A stretch of DNA of 62,673 bases, the filler included, from Choristocarpus tenellus KU-1152 (lineage: Eukaryota; Protista; Phaeophyceae): assembly GCA_964200185.2 (NCBI GenBank). It is 12 parts of 12 records of this genome, joined end to end, with 100 filler letters (N's around TTAATTAATTAA, not from the genome) between each part and the next. Parts side by side here need not be neighbours in the genome. Positions count along the whole stretch, not along the records: positions 15,798 to 26,952 come from CAXNAD020002478.1; positions 27,053 to 32,324 come from CAXNAD020011292.1; positions 32,425 to 35,937 come from CAXNAD020019528.1; positions 36,038 to 42,074 come from CAXNAD020009104.1; 8 more parts are not named here. One strand, written 5' to 3'. The notes below the pieces were generated by a model. That model worked only from the letters and a program-made list of their open reading frames with translations. It had not been told where the DNA came from and searched no databases. The position numbers and the translations under genes were made by a program. This document shows, piece after piece, positions 26,580-39,000 of this stretch (its first letter is position 1; each line of letters starts with the position of its first letter).

Positions 26580-26624
26580 GTAGGGTTAGGGTTAGGGTTA
26601 GGGTTGGGGTTAGGGTTAGGGTTG
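26580..26624 (+). repeat. Interstitial (TTAGGG)n tract, ~7 units
   Basis: tagggttagggttagggttagggttggggttagggttagggtt read directly. Confidence 0.9.
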
Positions 26625-26890
26625 GTCGTAGGGTGTTGATCGCAAGTCATTGTCACATCTACTTGTGTAGATTAACTATTGGTGCATTCAGTAAGTTAGT
26701 TTTTAGCACCTTGACCACTTAAATCTCGCATAGCAAAACTTAAATGTTTAGTGTTCTGCACAGCTAAGCATTGTCCAGACAACGGATGGTATATTGAGCG
26801 AATGGACAACAGACAATATGTGACAAAGTAGCTTGAGGGTTGTCGCAAGTGAAGTTACACGGCCAAAAACCCTAAGTGTTTCCTGGACAA

Positions 26891-26952
26891 GAGTGAAAGT
26901 ATCTTAGAGGGTACGAGATTTGCCCTGTTTGTCCATTTGGGACTTGGCTTCC
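26891..26952 (+). mobile_element. MITE family A left end, cut by contig end
   Basis: GAGTGAAAGTATCTTAGAGGGTACGAGATTTGCCCTGTTTGTCC. Confidence 0.85.
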
Positions 26953-29825
26953 NNNNNNNNNNNNNNNNNNNNNNNNNNNNNNNNNNNNNNNNNNNNTTAA
27001 TTAATTAANNNNNNNNNNNNNNNNNNNNNNNNNNNNNNNNNNNNNNNNNNNNCCCCCTGATACTTTGAGTCTGTGCATGTCATTTCCTCAAACCTTCTGT
27101 GCAAACATACCCAATTGTTACTATATTGTACTGTAGTAGCAAAACTCTGGAGAAGGGATGAAATGTGACAAAATATTGGCCTTGATGTTCGTTTGGTTGT
27201 TATGTATGAATATTATGTATGTATGTATGTACTCGAGTATGCATTTATTATGTATGTCTTTCTTGAGGTTTGCGGTAGAATAGTTGAAGTATAATACTTT
27301 GGAAGCGATGGAAAAGTATCAATATTCGTCTCTCCTTGAATTCCTACCCTACAACCGAATCACATAGTTCCTTGTTATCTTTTGAAGAAGAAATTTTCTT
27401 TGTGTACGTATTGTGTATATATATTGCCTTTTCTACCCTGATATTTACACCACACCTCGTGGTTGATGCTGTACTTTTACTTCTACTGTTCCACCCGTTG
27501 AAACATTGGCTTGCTATCCAACAACTAAGGGACATACCTAACGAAGGCACAAGAACAGCGAAAGGAACTGCAGGTTGAGTGAGCTTTTCGTTTCTCTGGT
27601 CTGAAGGCCCCACCCCTTGCCTCTCTCCTCCTTCGGTCCAACACCCCACCAATAATATCAAAGATCACCCCCTGCTTACCATCTGATACATCTTAATGCC
27701 TATGGATCACTATTGCTTTTCGAAACAAATCGCTTTCTATGTTAACTTGTTGTTCTTATCGTGTTGTGGTATACCCGTAGATCCCGTAGATGATACATTT
27801 TGCATCAAGGAAACGTCTGCAATATATTTGTTTTTTTCTACTGCATATGCACATTTTTTCATTGGTTGCGAAGTTCGTCGACTGAAGGCAATCATACATT
27901 TCCGTGTCAACAAACAGTAGCGCTACACCCTTCCCAAGACAACAGAGTATAAGAGGAAGCGGGAAGAGAGGAATATGCGGTCTGATGCTTCGGGCAATAC
28001 TGAGGATGAGGAGACTACTGAGGGTGCCGCGGAGGAAGAGCGAGAGGAGTGGAATCAAAAGCCCACATCAATCTCAATAACCTATGGGTACGAGGTTGAT
28101 GTGTTCCAGGCGATTGCTCTTAATTATGGTTTTCATAAACACCATTATGAGCTTCAAGTCCCCAGATTTAGTAGGTCGTGATTCTCGAATACCATTATAC
28201 TTGGTATTATTTAGTAATTGTAAGACCATTCATCGCCCACGTCTCGGTCTGTTACATACCTCGATCAATCTATAAATTTAGTCATCGAAGTGAGAGATCC
28301 AATGTATTTCATTATATTTTCACGAAGGCGCCGTCTTTGGGGCTCGTCGTGTGCTACACACTTGTTGATTGGAGTTACACATCCCATCAAGGCAAGCCGT
28401 TGGGAACGCTTGTAACAGATGATGGGATCGAAATTGACGATGATGACAGCAAAGCCGACGAATCACACTTGAACAGGAGTGGAAATGCCTCTTCCGTTGA
28501 TCTCGAGATAAGGGGTGATAAAGGAAGGCCTTTCTGTGTCTTTTCTTGGAAGATGAAGTGCTCTCCCTTCCTTACGGTCTGAAGAAGGGAGTAGTGCTGT
28601 AGTAGTTGAGTAATTGAGATGGAAATTGAAGAATATGGCTTGGTTGGTTTTGTGAGGACAGTGGGTAGGGTCAAGGCAGGGCTTTAGAGGGGCTGGAAGG
28701 AGGTAGGTTTGAAACCAATTGGAGGGGGTTGGCGAGAAAGGGGTCGTGTTTATCTTGCAAACGGTTCGGTTTTGAACATTTTCTTTGTAGGGGTGGCAGT
28801 ATCTCTTCATCGTGCAAGCATCTCTGTTCATAGTGACATTTAATGTTTTATTGTGAATGTTTTTTTTATTGTTTTGTGCTACTAGTATACTTCTATGGTA
28901 ATAATGATACTGGCATATGATTTAGGGATGTGCAGCAGGGACACATTCCGGAATATATATATTAGATGCCACCTCTTGAAAGACTCACCAAATAGCTCCG
29001 GCGGTAATAGTAGTGCTGACAGACACTCTTGCAAACGTCTCTGAGATAGGTTTCGAGTTATCGAAAATGCTCCTCGTCCAGAATCGTACATCCACTGCAA
29101 TAGTTATCTGTCCGCTACTCTTCACACTATTGCAGTTTCGTTTGATCCCGCGAGCTGCATGTCTGTCCATCAGTCAAAGCCCTGAGTTTGACTGACTTGT
29201 CATTGAAAAGCACTTCAAAGTAGTGTCGGCTCCACTATTTCATTGTCAATGCTTGCTCTCACAGTAGCCTGCTTAGCATTTCTTGGTGATTTAGTGGCCT
29301 CTATGTTGAACCCTTTCAGAGGTGTTTGTAGGAATCGGTTTGGTCCAAATGGTCTACAATTTTGTTCCAAATTCCTGGTGGTGTACATAGATGTGAAGGA
29401 AATCCTGTAAGGCAGACGCCCACACCCATTTGATCGTATTTCCAGTCTTGAACTGCATGATTGAAAATTGCGTTTTTTGGACTCTGTGCGCTTGTTTTCA
29501 TACCCTTTAACGCTCCTCCTTCGCCTCCAGGAAGCTCGCTTTTGAGCTTGATCACTTGCTCACCACCCTCCTGGCCAAACTAGGAGGATCAAAAAAATCC
29601 GCTGATCTCTCCAAGGGCCACATACAGAAGGGGAATCGTTTCCCGTTATGGAGCAATCAATGGCTGCGTTGGACAGGTTGCCAGAATGGAATACCGCATC
29701 CACGCGAAAATAATTCTGGTCAATGTTGAATGACTCCTTTCCTCGTATTTCTGTTTGACTTGTATGTGATAATACTATGGAAGGGAAGTGTGTAAGTAAG
29801 CAATCCGAATGGGGGACGTGGACGA

Positions 29826-29915
29826 CCTAGAAGTAGCTCAGGGGTAGAGCGGTGGTCTGTAGGTGGATAACACCCAACCATATATCCAGAGTTTGTATCT
29901 CCGCTTCGAGATCAT
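29826..29915 (+). pseudogene. Degenerate tRNA-like (Tyr-like) sequence or SINE head
   Basis: gtagctcaggggtagagcggtggtctgtag resembles the A-box, D-arm and GTA anticodon of eukaryotic tRNA-Tyr. The 3' half (cttcgagatc) is degenerate and I find no clean acceptor stem. Confidence 0.3.
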
Positions 29916-30084
29916 GCTTTTTCCGATCCATGGCGTGTAGACCACAGACCAACATCCACTACGCTGGTTGTACACACTGTGGTCCTCTACACAAAAAGGG
30001 AGAGTTTATGAAGTAATCTGAGTTTTGTTGATGGAAACATTCTGGTGGTAATGTGCGGTACAGGCGAGGTAGAAGTAAGAAAGG

Positions 30085-32324
30085 AAAAAAGAAAAAGTAG
30101 TCAAGGGGGGTGAACGAAGAGTCAAGTACTGAGTGATTGATTAGGTAGGAGGTAGAAGAGGCAGGAGAGAAGTTAAAGAGATGGGTGGTAGGTCGGTAGG
30201 TAGGAGGTCGAGGCACAAGGTAAGAAGGAATGGTCAGTATGTAAAGAAAACCGAGGCTGGTGGGGGTGAACGAAGAGTTAAGTACTGAGTGATTACGTAG
30301 GAGGTAGAAGAGGCAGGATAGCAGTTAAAGAAGTGATTGGTAGGTCGGTAGGTAGGTGGAGGCACAAGGTAAGAAGGAATGGTCAGTATGTATAAAGAAA
30401 ACCGAGGGCTGGTGGTACAAGACGAGGAGGGTTAGAACAAGACAACCTCCGAGCAAGCTTTCGTCGAAATAGATCAAGACAGAATCCGAGCGATCTTTCC
30501 CACAGTTGAAAGAGATAAAGGCCCTGTGTAAAAGGCGGGCTTGAGAACAAGGTACATAAATGATAGGGAAAAGCCCGCACACAAGGCGAGGGGGGTGATG
30601 ATCATGATGATGAAGACATTGTAGATAATTGTATTGTAGGAATGGGACATGTGTGGTGAAGTGGGTAGATTCAGACACAATGCAAGCGGTATCTGGGGAA
30701 AGAGCCAAAGTATCTTGGAGGGTAGAGCCGTATCCATTTGGAGACCAAAATCCAATGTTGCGATTTTGATGTAATTAGGGCTATCGTGTTTGTTAGGAAG
30801 TGTCAGTATCCCTGTTCCGGAGACACTTTTTCGTAATGTACACATTTTACTCATTCCGAACCATTTTGGAGTAGGAAAATGTTACAAAAGAACCCATGGG
30901 AAGCCAAGCCCCAAATGTACAAACAGGGCAACACGCGTGCCCTCTAAGATACTTTCACTCAAATCCATAGAAAAAGAAATAACGAAGGACTGACCACGAT
31001 GTTATGGTGGAGTGAAACTGGATAGACGCGTAAATGATTAATTGGGCCGATTCCTACGCAGTCGTCCTGCCAGAGGTGGGAGTACATGTTAATACAGCAG
31101 GTTTTAGACGCTGATACTCTATATGTTGGTGTACACAGCAGAACAGAAAATGCTAGAGGGTCCTACCAGAACTACAGTCTAAGGGGTAGAGAGGGATGAA
31201 TAGTAGAGTGTGCCGTTCACGTCACAAACATGGTTATCCCATGGAGCTCACCATAAAGAGAGAAGATAATGGGTCAGGGTGTGGGTAGTGTACCTGCAAC
31301 AATCTTGCAGGGTAGGTGCAGTTTACACAATGCTTGAAATGTAGAGCTGGGATACATATCAGGTCTATATTGATCGGTGATAAGGGTGCGTGGGTTGTTT
31401 TCCGCTGCCTATATCATTCACCCCAACCCATATGGCAAGAAAAATCAAACACCGTGGGCTCATTGTAGAATGATGTAGAGGGAACCACCCTGTTCAAGGG
31501 TCATACGTGGAAGGTACGAGGCTAGTAATGGAACGTTTATTATGCATAGGCACCCTGTGAATCAATGGTTATGTCAATACGAGTAGTCATATATTTTATG
31601 CCGTATAGCTACAAGTTGAGAGATAATGTGGTATAAGAAACAAAATAAATACGAAAACCTGTATAGATACTTCAGAGTACTGGATGAGAGCACGTGGTAG
31701 GTGGCCATTTTAGCTGGAGTGGCCGCCACGAAAGCAAGTACAGATATTTTCAGAGTACTGGATGAGGGAATGTGGTTGATGGGGATTTTAGGTGGAGTGA
31801 ATGCCACGAAAGTAAGAATTGGGGATTGGCAGTAGATGCATGGTCGGCGTTATGGTGATTAGAAACGAAATGCGAGAGTTAAAAGAAATGAACTGGGCGA
31901 GAGCATAATTTTGGAAAATATGCAAGTAAAGAGGGGAACACCAATATAAAGAGAGGGGAAGGGGAATGATTAATCGTAGCTCCTGCACCACCCTGCGCAC
32001 AAATTTGAGATACCATTGTGAATAAAGGGCTACTGCTTACATTGGTAGGTTGCTTTCGAGGGCCTTCGATTGCCGGAAGAAAAAAGAGTAGGGATTGGGA
32101 CTACGATGTATGACTGTTTAACGAGGATTAATGGGCATCTTTTCTACAATCATTAACAAGTCACGACAGTGAAGGAAAGTGACGAATGAAGGTATAGTGC
32201 CTAATAGTGGGATTGATAGTTCAAGTCAACAAAAGGAGCGGGGGGGGGGGGGATTCAGGTCACAATGGTGGGGCTAATTTGATACGATGATAGGGGGGAG
32301 GCAAGGGGCGGGGCCGTCAGACCA
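30085..32324 (-). mobile_element. Interspersed repeat, decayed non-LTR-retrotransposon-like (copy 1)
   Basis: Collinear similarity to 59610-61290 over ~1.7 kb is seen directly. Class rests on faint minus-strand RT traces (DAHE...SKA; QG...SPLFILV). Contains a ~157-bp internal duplication (30104-30412) and a MITE insertion. Confidence 0.6.
30702..30960 (-). mobile_element. MITE family A, full copy with AAA target duplication
   Basis: tctggggAAA[GAGCCAAAG...CTTTCACTC]AAAtccata. The paralogous empty site tctggggAAAtccata is at ~60031-60046. Confidence 0.92.
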
Positions 32325-32429
32325 NNNNNNNNNNNNNNNNNNNNNNNNNNNNNNNNNNNNNNNNNNNNTTAATTAATTAANNNNNNNNNNNNNNNNNNNN
32401 NNNNNNNNNNNNNNNNNNNNNNNNACCCC

Positions 32430-32915
32430 GATGTAGACCCCCCTCTTCCCCCAGATACGTTGGGTCATGCATTATGGTGGCCATAGCCTCGTTCAGAAAG
32501 TCCACGCATCCATTCAAAAAATGTTTATTCCTACCATACACATTCTGTACTCCTTGCCTTGACACTGGAGATATTGTTACTGTTATATATGTCGTGTATA
32601 AAATTTATCCCGCCCTCATCTAGTACGAATACCCTGGGATTGAGAAATATGGAGCCAAACCAATTTAGAGGTAGTAGGCAAGGTTGCATTTTAAGGATCC
32701 TGAGAAAGGGCAACAGGACGACATTTTGTACAAATGAGGCAAGAACTGTTGCTCAGTTGTGGTGCCACTTTGAGTGTGGAAAGGGGGAATATCAATCTAG
32801 CCTATGGTACTCTGCACATCAAGAAATTAATTAAATGAAGTGTAGTGTATAGGGTAAAGCAATGGCTATGAATACAAAGGGTCAAAGCTTGCCTACCTAT
32901 CTATTGCTTTGGCTC
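32430..32915 (+). mobile_element. Possible decayed gypsy RT-RNaseH fragment
   Basis: Weak traces only: FCTNEA (cf. LxTDAS), GATL and PTYLL (cf. xYLLG). Confidence 0.3.
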
Positions 32916-34842
32916 ACATTAAATAGATACATATTATCATATTTTGACTTGAGAGGTAAAGGTAATGTGCACTTCCCTTTGCTCCACATAGCAAAATAAA
33001 AGACGTGAATAAGTAAGCAACGGGCAAGCTGTATGAGGAATGGGGGGGGGATAGATAGGCACAAACTTCCCATCTATGCTCCATCTTACATAGTTCTAGT
33101 ACAATCCAGAGCTTTGTAGAGAGGGCGAACAGGAGGTTGTTGCGGAGTTTCACAGAAATAGGGGGGGGAGCACCTCTTTCATTTTGATGCATTGTGAGGT
33201 GTATACAGTGTATTGGCTGTAGAAGAAGGTGGAATTGAGAAGAGATTAAACGTCATACAGAAGACATGCATTACAAAAACAAGAAGATTTTGAAAAACAA
33301 CAAAGTGTAAGATATCTGCCCGCAGCCAACATCGCAATATGAAATGATCATGATAGAGGGCAAACTCTACTACCCTCAGGTGCTTGTGTTACCTTGAACT
33401 CGATGCAGAAGTACGTATATTCTACATAATCTCAGTTGCTGGAGCTAAAGATTACTCAACCTTCCACAGGTCCCCGTGTTGTTTATGTTTCTTACCCTTA
33501 CGCCTGTACACACAGTCCATGTAGAATATGTCTAATGAAAAAATATTTTGAATATATTCCTCACATTTGGCAAACATGCCTTGTAGGTCATAAGTCAAGA
33601 GCACCAAGAAACTAGATAGCTGTACAGTAAGTACAATGGTGTTGTATTCTTCTAAAACCCTTCCATGGATGTATCGCATCACACATTCAACAATTATAAT
33701 TAAAAAAATTCAAGATTGTACAAATGAGTTATATTACTAGTTCAGTGGTCAACTGAAGTCCACCACTCCCAACACAAGAGTCAGTATAAATAAATTCAAT
33801 ATAGCGTGCATGGGTTCAAACCTCTTCAAAACCCACCAACGCCGGATTTCTTTCTTACGAAACCTTGAACTTTGTTGATCCAGTCTTTCCATTGCAAGCA
33901 CTATAAACACAAATTGTACACATGTACTGTACCATGTACTAGTACTGTTTGCATGGAGGGAAGATGTGGACTCAAAACTACAAGACCACAAAACCGAGGA
34001 ACTAGATGGATGGCTGAACCCAATAAATGAGAAACAACCAAGGCACAAACTGAGGAATCACAGTAAGTCGTGTATCTAGGTAGTAGTGGAACAACTAGTC
34101 AGAGAATTTCAAAGTTAGTTGCTAGTGCCTTTGACCATGGGCTGGGGACACTGCCCGAGATAAAGTGGAATAGTCCCAATAATAATGATAAGAAGAATAT
34201 ATATATTTTTTCCAAGGTAAATTATAAATGTGCTACTATACCGCTGATCAAATATAAACCCCAAGTCCATAACACTGTAGGGCAATTTAGGGCTAAGCTA
34301 GGTTTGAAGCATAGAAGCAGTGTATACCTTACTCTATGTAGTAAGCCTATAAGAGTAATTGTTGTTGTATTGATAGTCTTCAAATGTATTCAAATTCACA
34401 AGTGTAAGACCAATCATTTGGTGAGGTAGTCAGAGATACATGTCACGTTTGGTAGCAAAAGGCTGACAGATTGAGGGTTTAGATTACCAAGATACCTTTG
34501 CCCCAACACCCTCCCCTGCATCCTAAAGAACAGTTTTAGCACGAGCTGCAGACAACAATTGGGAATTAATGCATTGGGATGTGAAGCAGGCTCATGATAT
34601 TCAAGCAGAGATCACAGAGGAAATATTTGTTTGTCTATGTCATGGATATAGCTGTAGTCAGGGAAGATTACGCGTTTAGTGGAAGCACTTCTATTGCACC
34701 AAAGAGGTCATCAGGGAGTTTAGCAATTTGTTGGTGCACGTTTTGGAACAAAGTGGCCTTGAGCAGTGCAGAGCTGTCCCCCCCTGTATGTTACGCTATG
34801 TAAGAAATGGCGTTGTTTGTGCCTAGTAACCCCACACGTTGA

Positions 34843-35108
34843 GAGCCAAAGTATCTTAGAGGGTACATCCGCGTCCATTTGGGGACCAAAATTCAATGTT
34901 GTAATTTTGATGTAATGTTGACTATCATGTTTGTTAGGAGATGTCAACATCCTTGTCTGGACACTCCTTTTCATAACGTATATATATATACACTTTACCT
35001 ACTCCGAAACATTTGGGAGTAGATAAAATGTCAATAAAAACTCGTGCGAAGCCAAGCCCCACATGAACAAACAGGGCAAAATTCGTACCCTCTAAGATAC
35101 TTTCACTC
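34843..35108 (-). mobile_element. MITE family A, full copy with TGA target duplication
   Basis: TGA[GAGCCAAAGTATCTTAGAGGGTA...TACCCTCTAAGATACTTTCACTC]TGA. Confidence 0.92.
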
Positions 35109-35149
35109 TGACAATCTTAGGGTAGCAGGAACACACGATTTTTTTATTT

Positions 35150-35937
35150 GGGTTGGCTCCAGGGTTACAGAGCAGTTTTCTATAGAAGATTTTGGTAATC
35201 TTAAGTACTACATGGGTTGTGAGATTTCACTTGACAGAATTGGAAAAAAGACAGCGAGCATTAGTCAGACCAAGTGCATTAGGATCATTTGTGGGTGGGG
35301 CAAAGAAAGGGCGCGGTACCCCATATATCTCAAGGATCATCCAGGTGTTGATGAAAATGTCCCATATAGGGAGGCTGTCGGTTGTTTGATGTGGACAGCC
35401 GTCATGACCAGAGTAAATATTACGGATGCAGTCCCAAAGTTGCACATTGGCGTGATGTTAAGTGTTTTCTAGCTTATTTGAATACGTGTCCAATGTTGGA
35501 TTGATTCTTGGTGATTTCGATACTGAATGTGAGATAAGTACATGTGCCGATGCTAGTTATGGTGGGAATTGTAATGATATCGTAGATCAGTGACTGGGGG
35601 AGTCATAATGTTTGCAGGAGAAGAAACAATATCTTGGATGCCAAAGGTCCAAAACAGTTGTAGCCCAGTCCTCAACGGAGAGTGAGTATATAATCCTTAG
35701 CAGTGTGGCACAAGAATTGCTTTTCTTGCTAAGTGTCTCGGAGTGTATCTAGCCATAGTTACCCACATCTTGCATTGATATGTTTGGGGACAACGATGGT
35801 ACCTGCAAATTAGTAAGAAATGCCACTAGCTCTACCAGAACCGAGCACAATGATGTCTGGCACCATTGTCTTGGGGGCCTAGAGGTAGAAAGAAGGAGAT
35901 GTTAAAGTATCCCCAAAATCATCAAAGAGGATAAAGG
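35150..35937 (+). pseudogene. Ty1/copia reverse transcriptase-RNaseH remnant
   Basis: FSIEDFGNLKYYMGCEI, ISQTKCI, PYREAVGCLMW..VMTR, ADASY, RRSVTG, VAQSSTESEY, FGDNDG and RTEHNDV are canonical copia motifs, here with frameshifts. Confidence 0.88.
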
Positions 35938-36037
35938 NNNNNNNNNNNNNNNNNNNNNNNNNNNNNNNNNNNNNNNNNNNNTTAATTAATTAANNNNNNN
36001 NNNNNNNNNNNNNNNNNNNNNNNNNNNNNNNNNNNNN

Positions 36038-39000
36038 TTTCCACAGAGTATCAAAGTCACTCTGAGAAGCGTTTACGGTCAGGACTTGACCCACCTCCTC
36101 AAGGCCATGAACAATACGCTCAGCAGCAGATTCTACTTGACGAAGCCTCAATGACCACAGGTTGGATGCCTCCATGTTATTCCATTTGTCAGTCCTATGG
36201 TAGTATTGAAACACCTACAAGGCGCAAGGGTCAGGAAAGCATCAAGGTAGAACGGTTTTCAGCAAAGGCAAGATGATGACATCATTATACCTGCCATATA
36301 ACTGTAAGGAAACATGGGTGAGAAGGGTAAAATCAAGTGAGGCAGGCACACGAGAACCATCAAGCATAATACTGTGAAATAAGATATAGTGCAGGGCAAA
36401 CATAACTTACAGTCTTAGGCAATCCTATGCTAGTAAAACTAGGCACAATCACACTGCCCGACACAAGATTGTACTTGCATTAAAATATCATGCTAAATGA
36501 TTAATGCTGTAATTTATAACTAGTGATCCTCTCGGTCGCCAAGACATCACAATTGGATAGATGTATTTCACACTTGAACAAACAAACGAAAACAGGAACC
36601 ATTACATCAACATTCCACAAGCCTCTGCAAGATCGGAATACACTACACACACCCAACTGTATCAAATGGAAGCAGACATCCAAGCAGGCAGCCGAGATAT
36701 CCCAAAATATAGGGAACTCTTTCAAAAAGAAAGGAACAGAAGTCAACACTGCTGTACAGCATTACATAGTTATACCAAAATGGTGTCACAATTTCAAACG
36801 TTACACATGAACTGTTCCTTCTTATTCATACCGTATAGCCAACTAAACTGAAACCAATATTTACCCGTGACCACTCACATCATAAATGCCTCCCTGATAT
36901 TGAAGCAATCCCTTGCACCATACATAAAAAGAGTGTTATCACATTCAAAAATCGATCAAAAAAAAAAGAAAATAGATAATAATCCATAGCAAATTAAATA
37001 CTACTTGGTAGTGCTAGTATTACATTAAAACCTCTCCCAAAAAAAGTCAAGATCACACGACCAAAATAAATCAACACTACAAAAAAAAGAACTCTCTACA
37101 ACACCTTTGGAAAATAAGGAAATAAACTCCCCCATCAAATAGAAAGAATGGAAGAGGTGCCTCAATATTGAGGACCCAAGGCAGACGAGGTCCTGACCTG
37201 CACCTATCCCAAAGAAGTTCTTCCATAATAGTCTTCAGAACAAATCTTGAATTTATGTGCTCTGTTCACGATGCAAATCTACAACCATCTTTTTGGACAT
37301 ATCCAGTAACAGGTCTAGAGAGAGCCCCCCCAAAATCTGCACCTTCAACACATCATAAAATTGGAGTAAGGTTGTTATCCCAACTAAGATTTTTACAAGT
37401 CCTAACCATTATGAACTGCATAGCCCTAGGCAATAACCTTTCAACAAAAAATAAATAATGTAATATACTCCGAGTTAGAACGCGGAAACCCTTGCCAGTT
37501 AAGGTAACAAGCCTCTCCACAGAGCATGACTTTCAACAAAACATTAAATAGGTACCTGTTGCATAACTGTAGGAAATGTTACGGGTTTTCTTACCAAGGG
37601 ATATAAATTTAGGAATATTCTGCATGCAATAAAAATTAGGAAAAAATTATCCAACAAAGCAGTTAACGAACTCATCTGGTAGCTAGGAGCTGAACATCAA
37701 CCATATCAATCCCATTTGAAGCGGATAGGAAGGGAGAGGGACAGGGCTGGTGGCATATTTATCTAAAACAGTTACACAAGTATCATTGACATAGCAGACA
37801 ATGTCGTCACAATCCTGGCAATACATCTTAGGGTTAGGTTAACAATATCTATAGACTAGAAGCGTGCTCTAGCTATCATCCTACTACCAAAGCCCAAGAA
37901 AACTCACCTCAAGCAACATGTTGAGTTGACGCTTCAGGTTTGTTAGCTTCTTCATCCACAAGGAACTTTCCCTAGTCTGTATGACAAAAGGCAAAGAAAA
38001 TATAATTTAAAGAAAAAATGGTTAATTATTCGAAGAAGGTAATTGACAACTGGTTAGAGTATTGTTAACAGTTGTGGGCTATAACCAGTGAAGAGTTAAT
38101 TTATTTGGTTTGATATATCCATAACAACCAAAACCATTGACAAAACAGGTATTTACGTTTGCTTCTTACCTTCCATCACAGGCTACTCTTGCTTACAATA
38201 AATCAACTATCGGCAGGCTTTACTTATTCAACCAGACTTATTCTAACAGTCTTATTCTAACACTCCGGCCTGACCCAAAGCAGCCTCTGGCTACAAGATG
38301 ATTTGAACATGACAAAATAGTGGAGCTCCTACAATCTTTTTTGTATCCATTCATCAAAGAACCCTTGGTCTACCCAAGACAACAAACCTGTTTCGGATAT
38401 GGATGATAAAAGTTGGATTGGAAGAACATACCAACAACCCTCACAAAAAAAACCCAGCGATACACACAAGAAAACTTAAATATTTTCAACTGAAGATCGA
38501 TCTAAGTACTAAAATCGTTACATCAATAATCCCCAATCAGATCAACAAGGTATCTATCTAAGGAAGGAATAACCAAACAAAATGGTCAAACACACTATAC
38601 CAAAGTGTGAATAAAAAAACTTTACGTTATCTCACAAAAGATTAACATTAAAGATATATCTGTGCCAATATTTGCAACGATCTACCTTACTCCATCACAA
38701 ACAACATGGTACCATCATACCTCAATCTACTCTTCAACAAATAACCCACATAGGCATCACGCATTTATGTATGTAACATTTGATGCGTGAACTCAACAGC
38801 AAGGATTTCACTCACATCGTTATCTATTTCCAATCCAGAAACTCCATCCATAAATGTGGTCATCTTCTCCACAGAGTTTTTCACGTTAGTTGATGTGCAA
38901 CTATCCATGAGTCTCTCAACTTCAGCATATACCTCCAAGCAATTATTCACGAGGGACCTTTTATTAAGCTGTGGCTTCTGCTGGAACTGTAACTCCTGCT

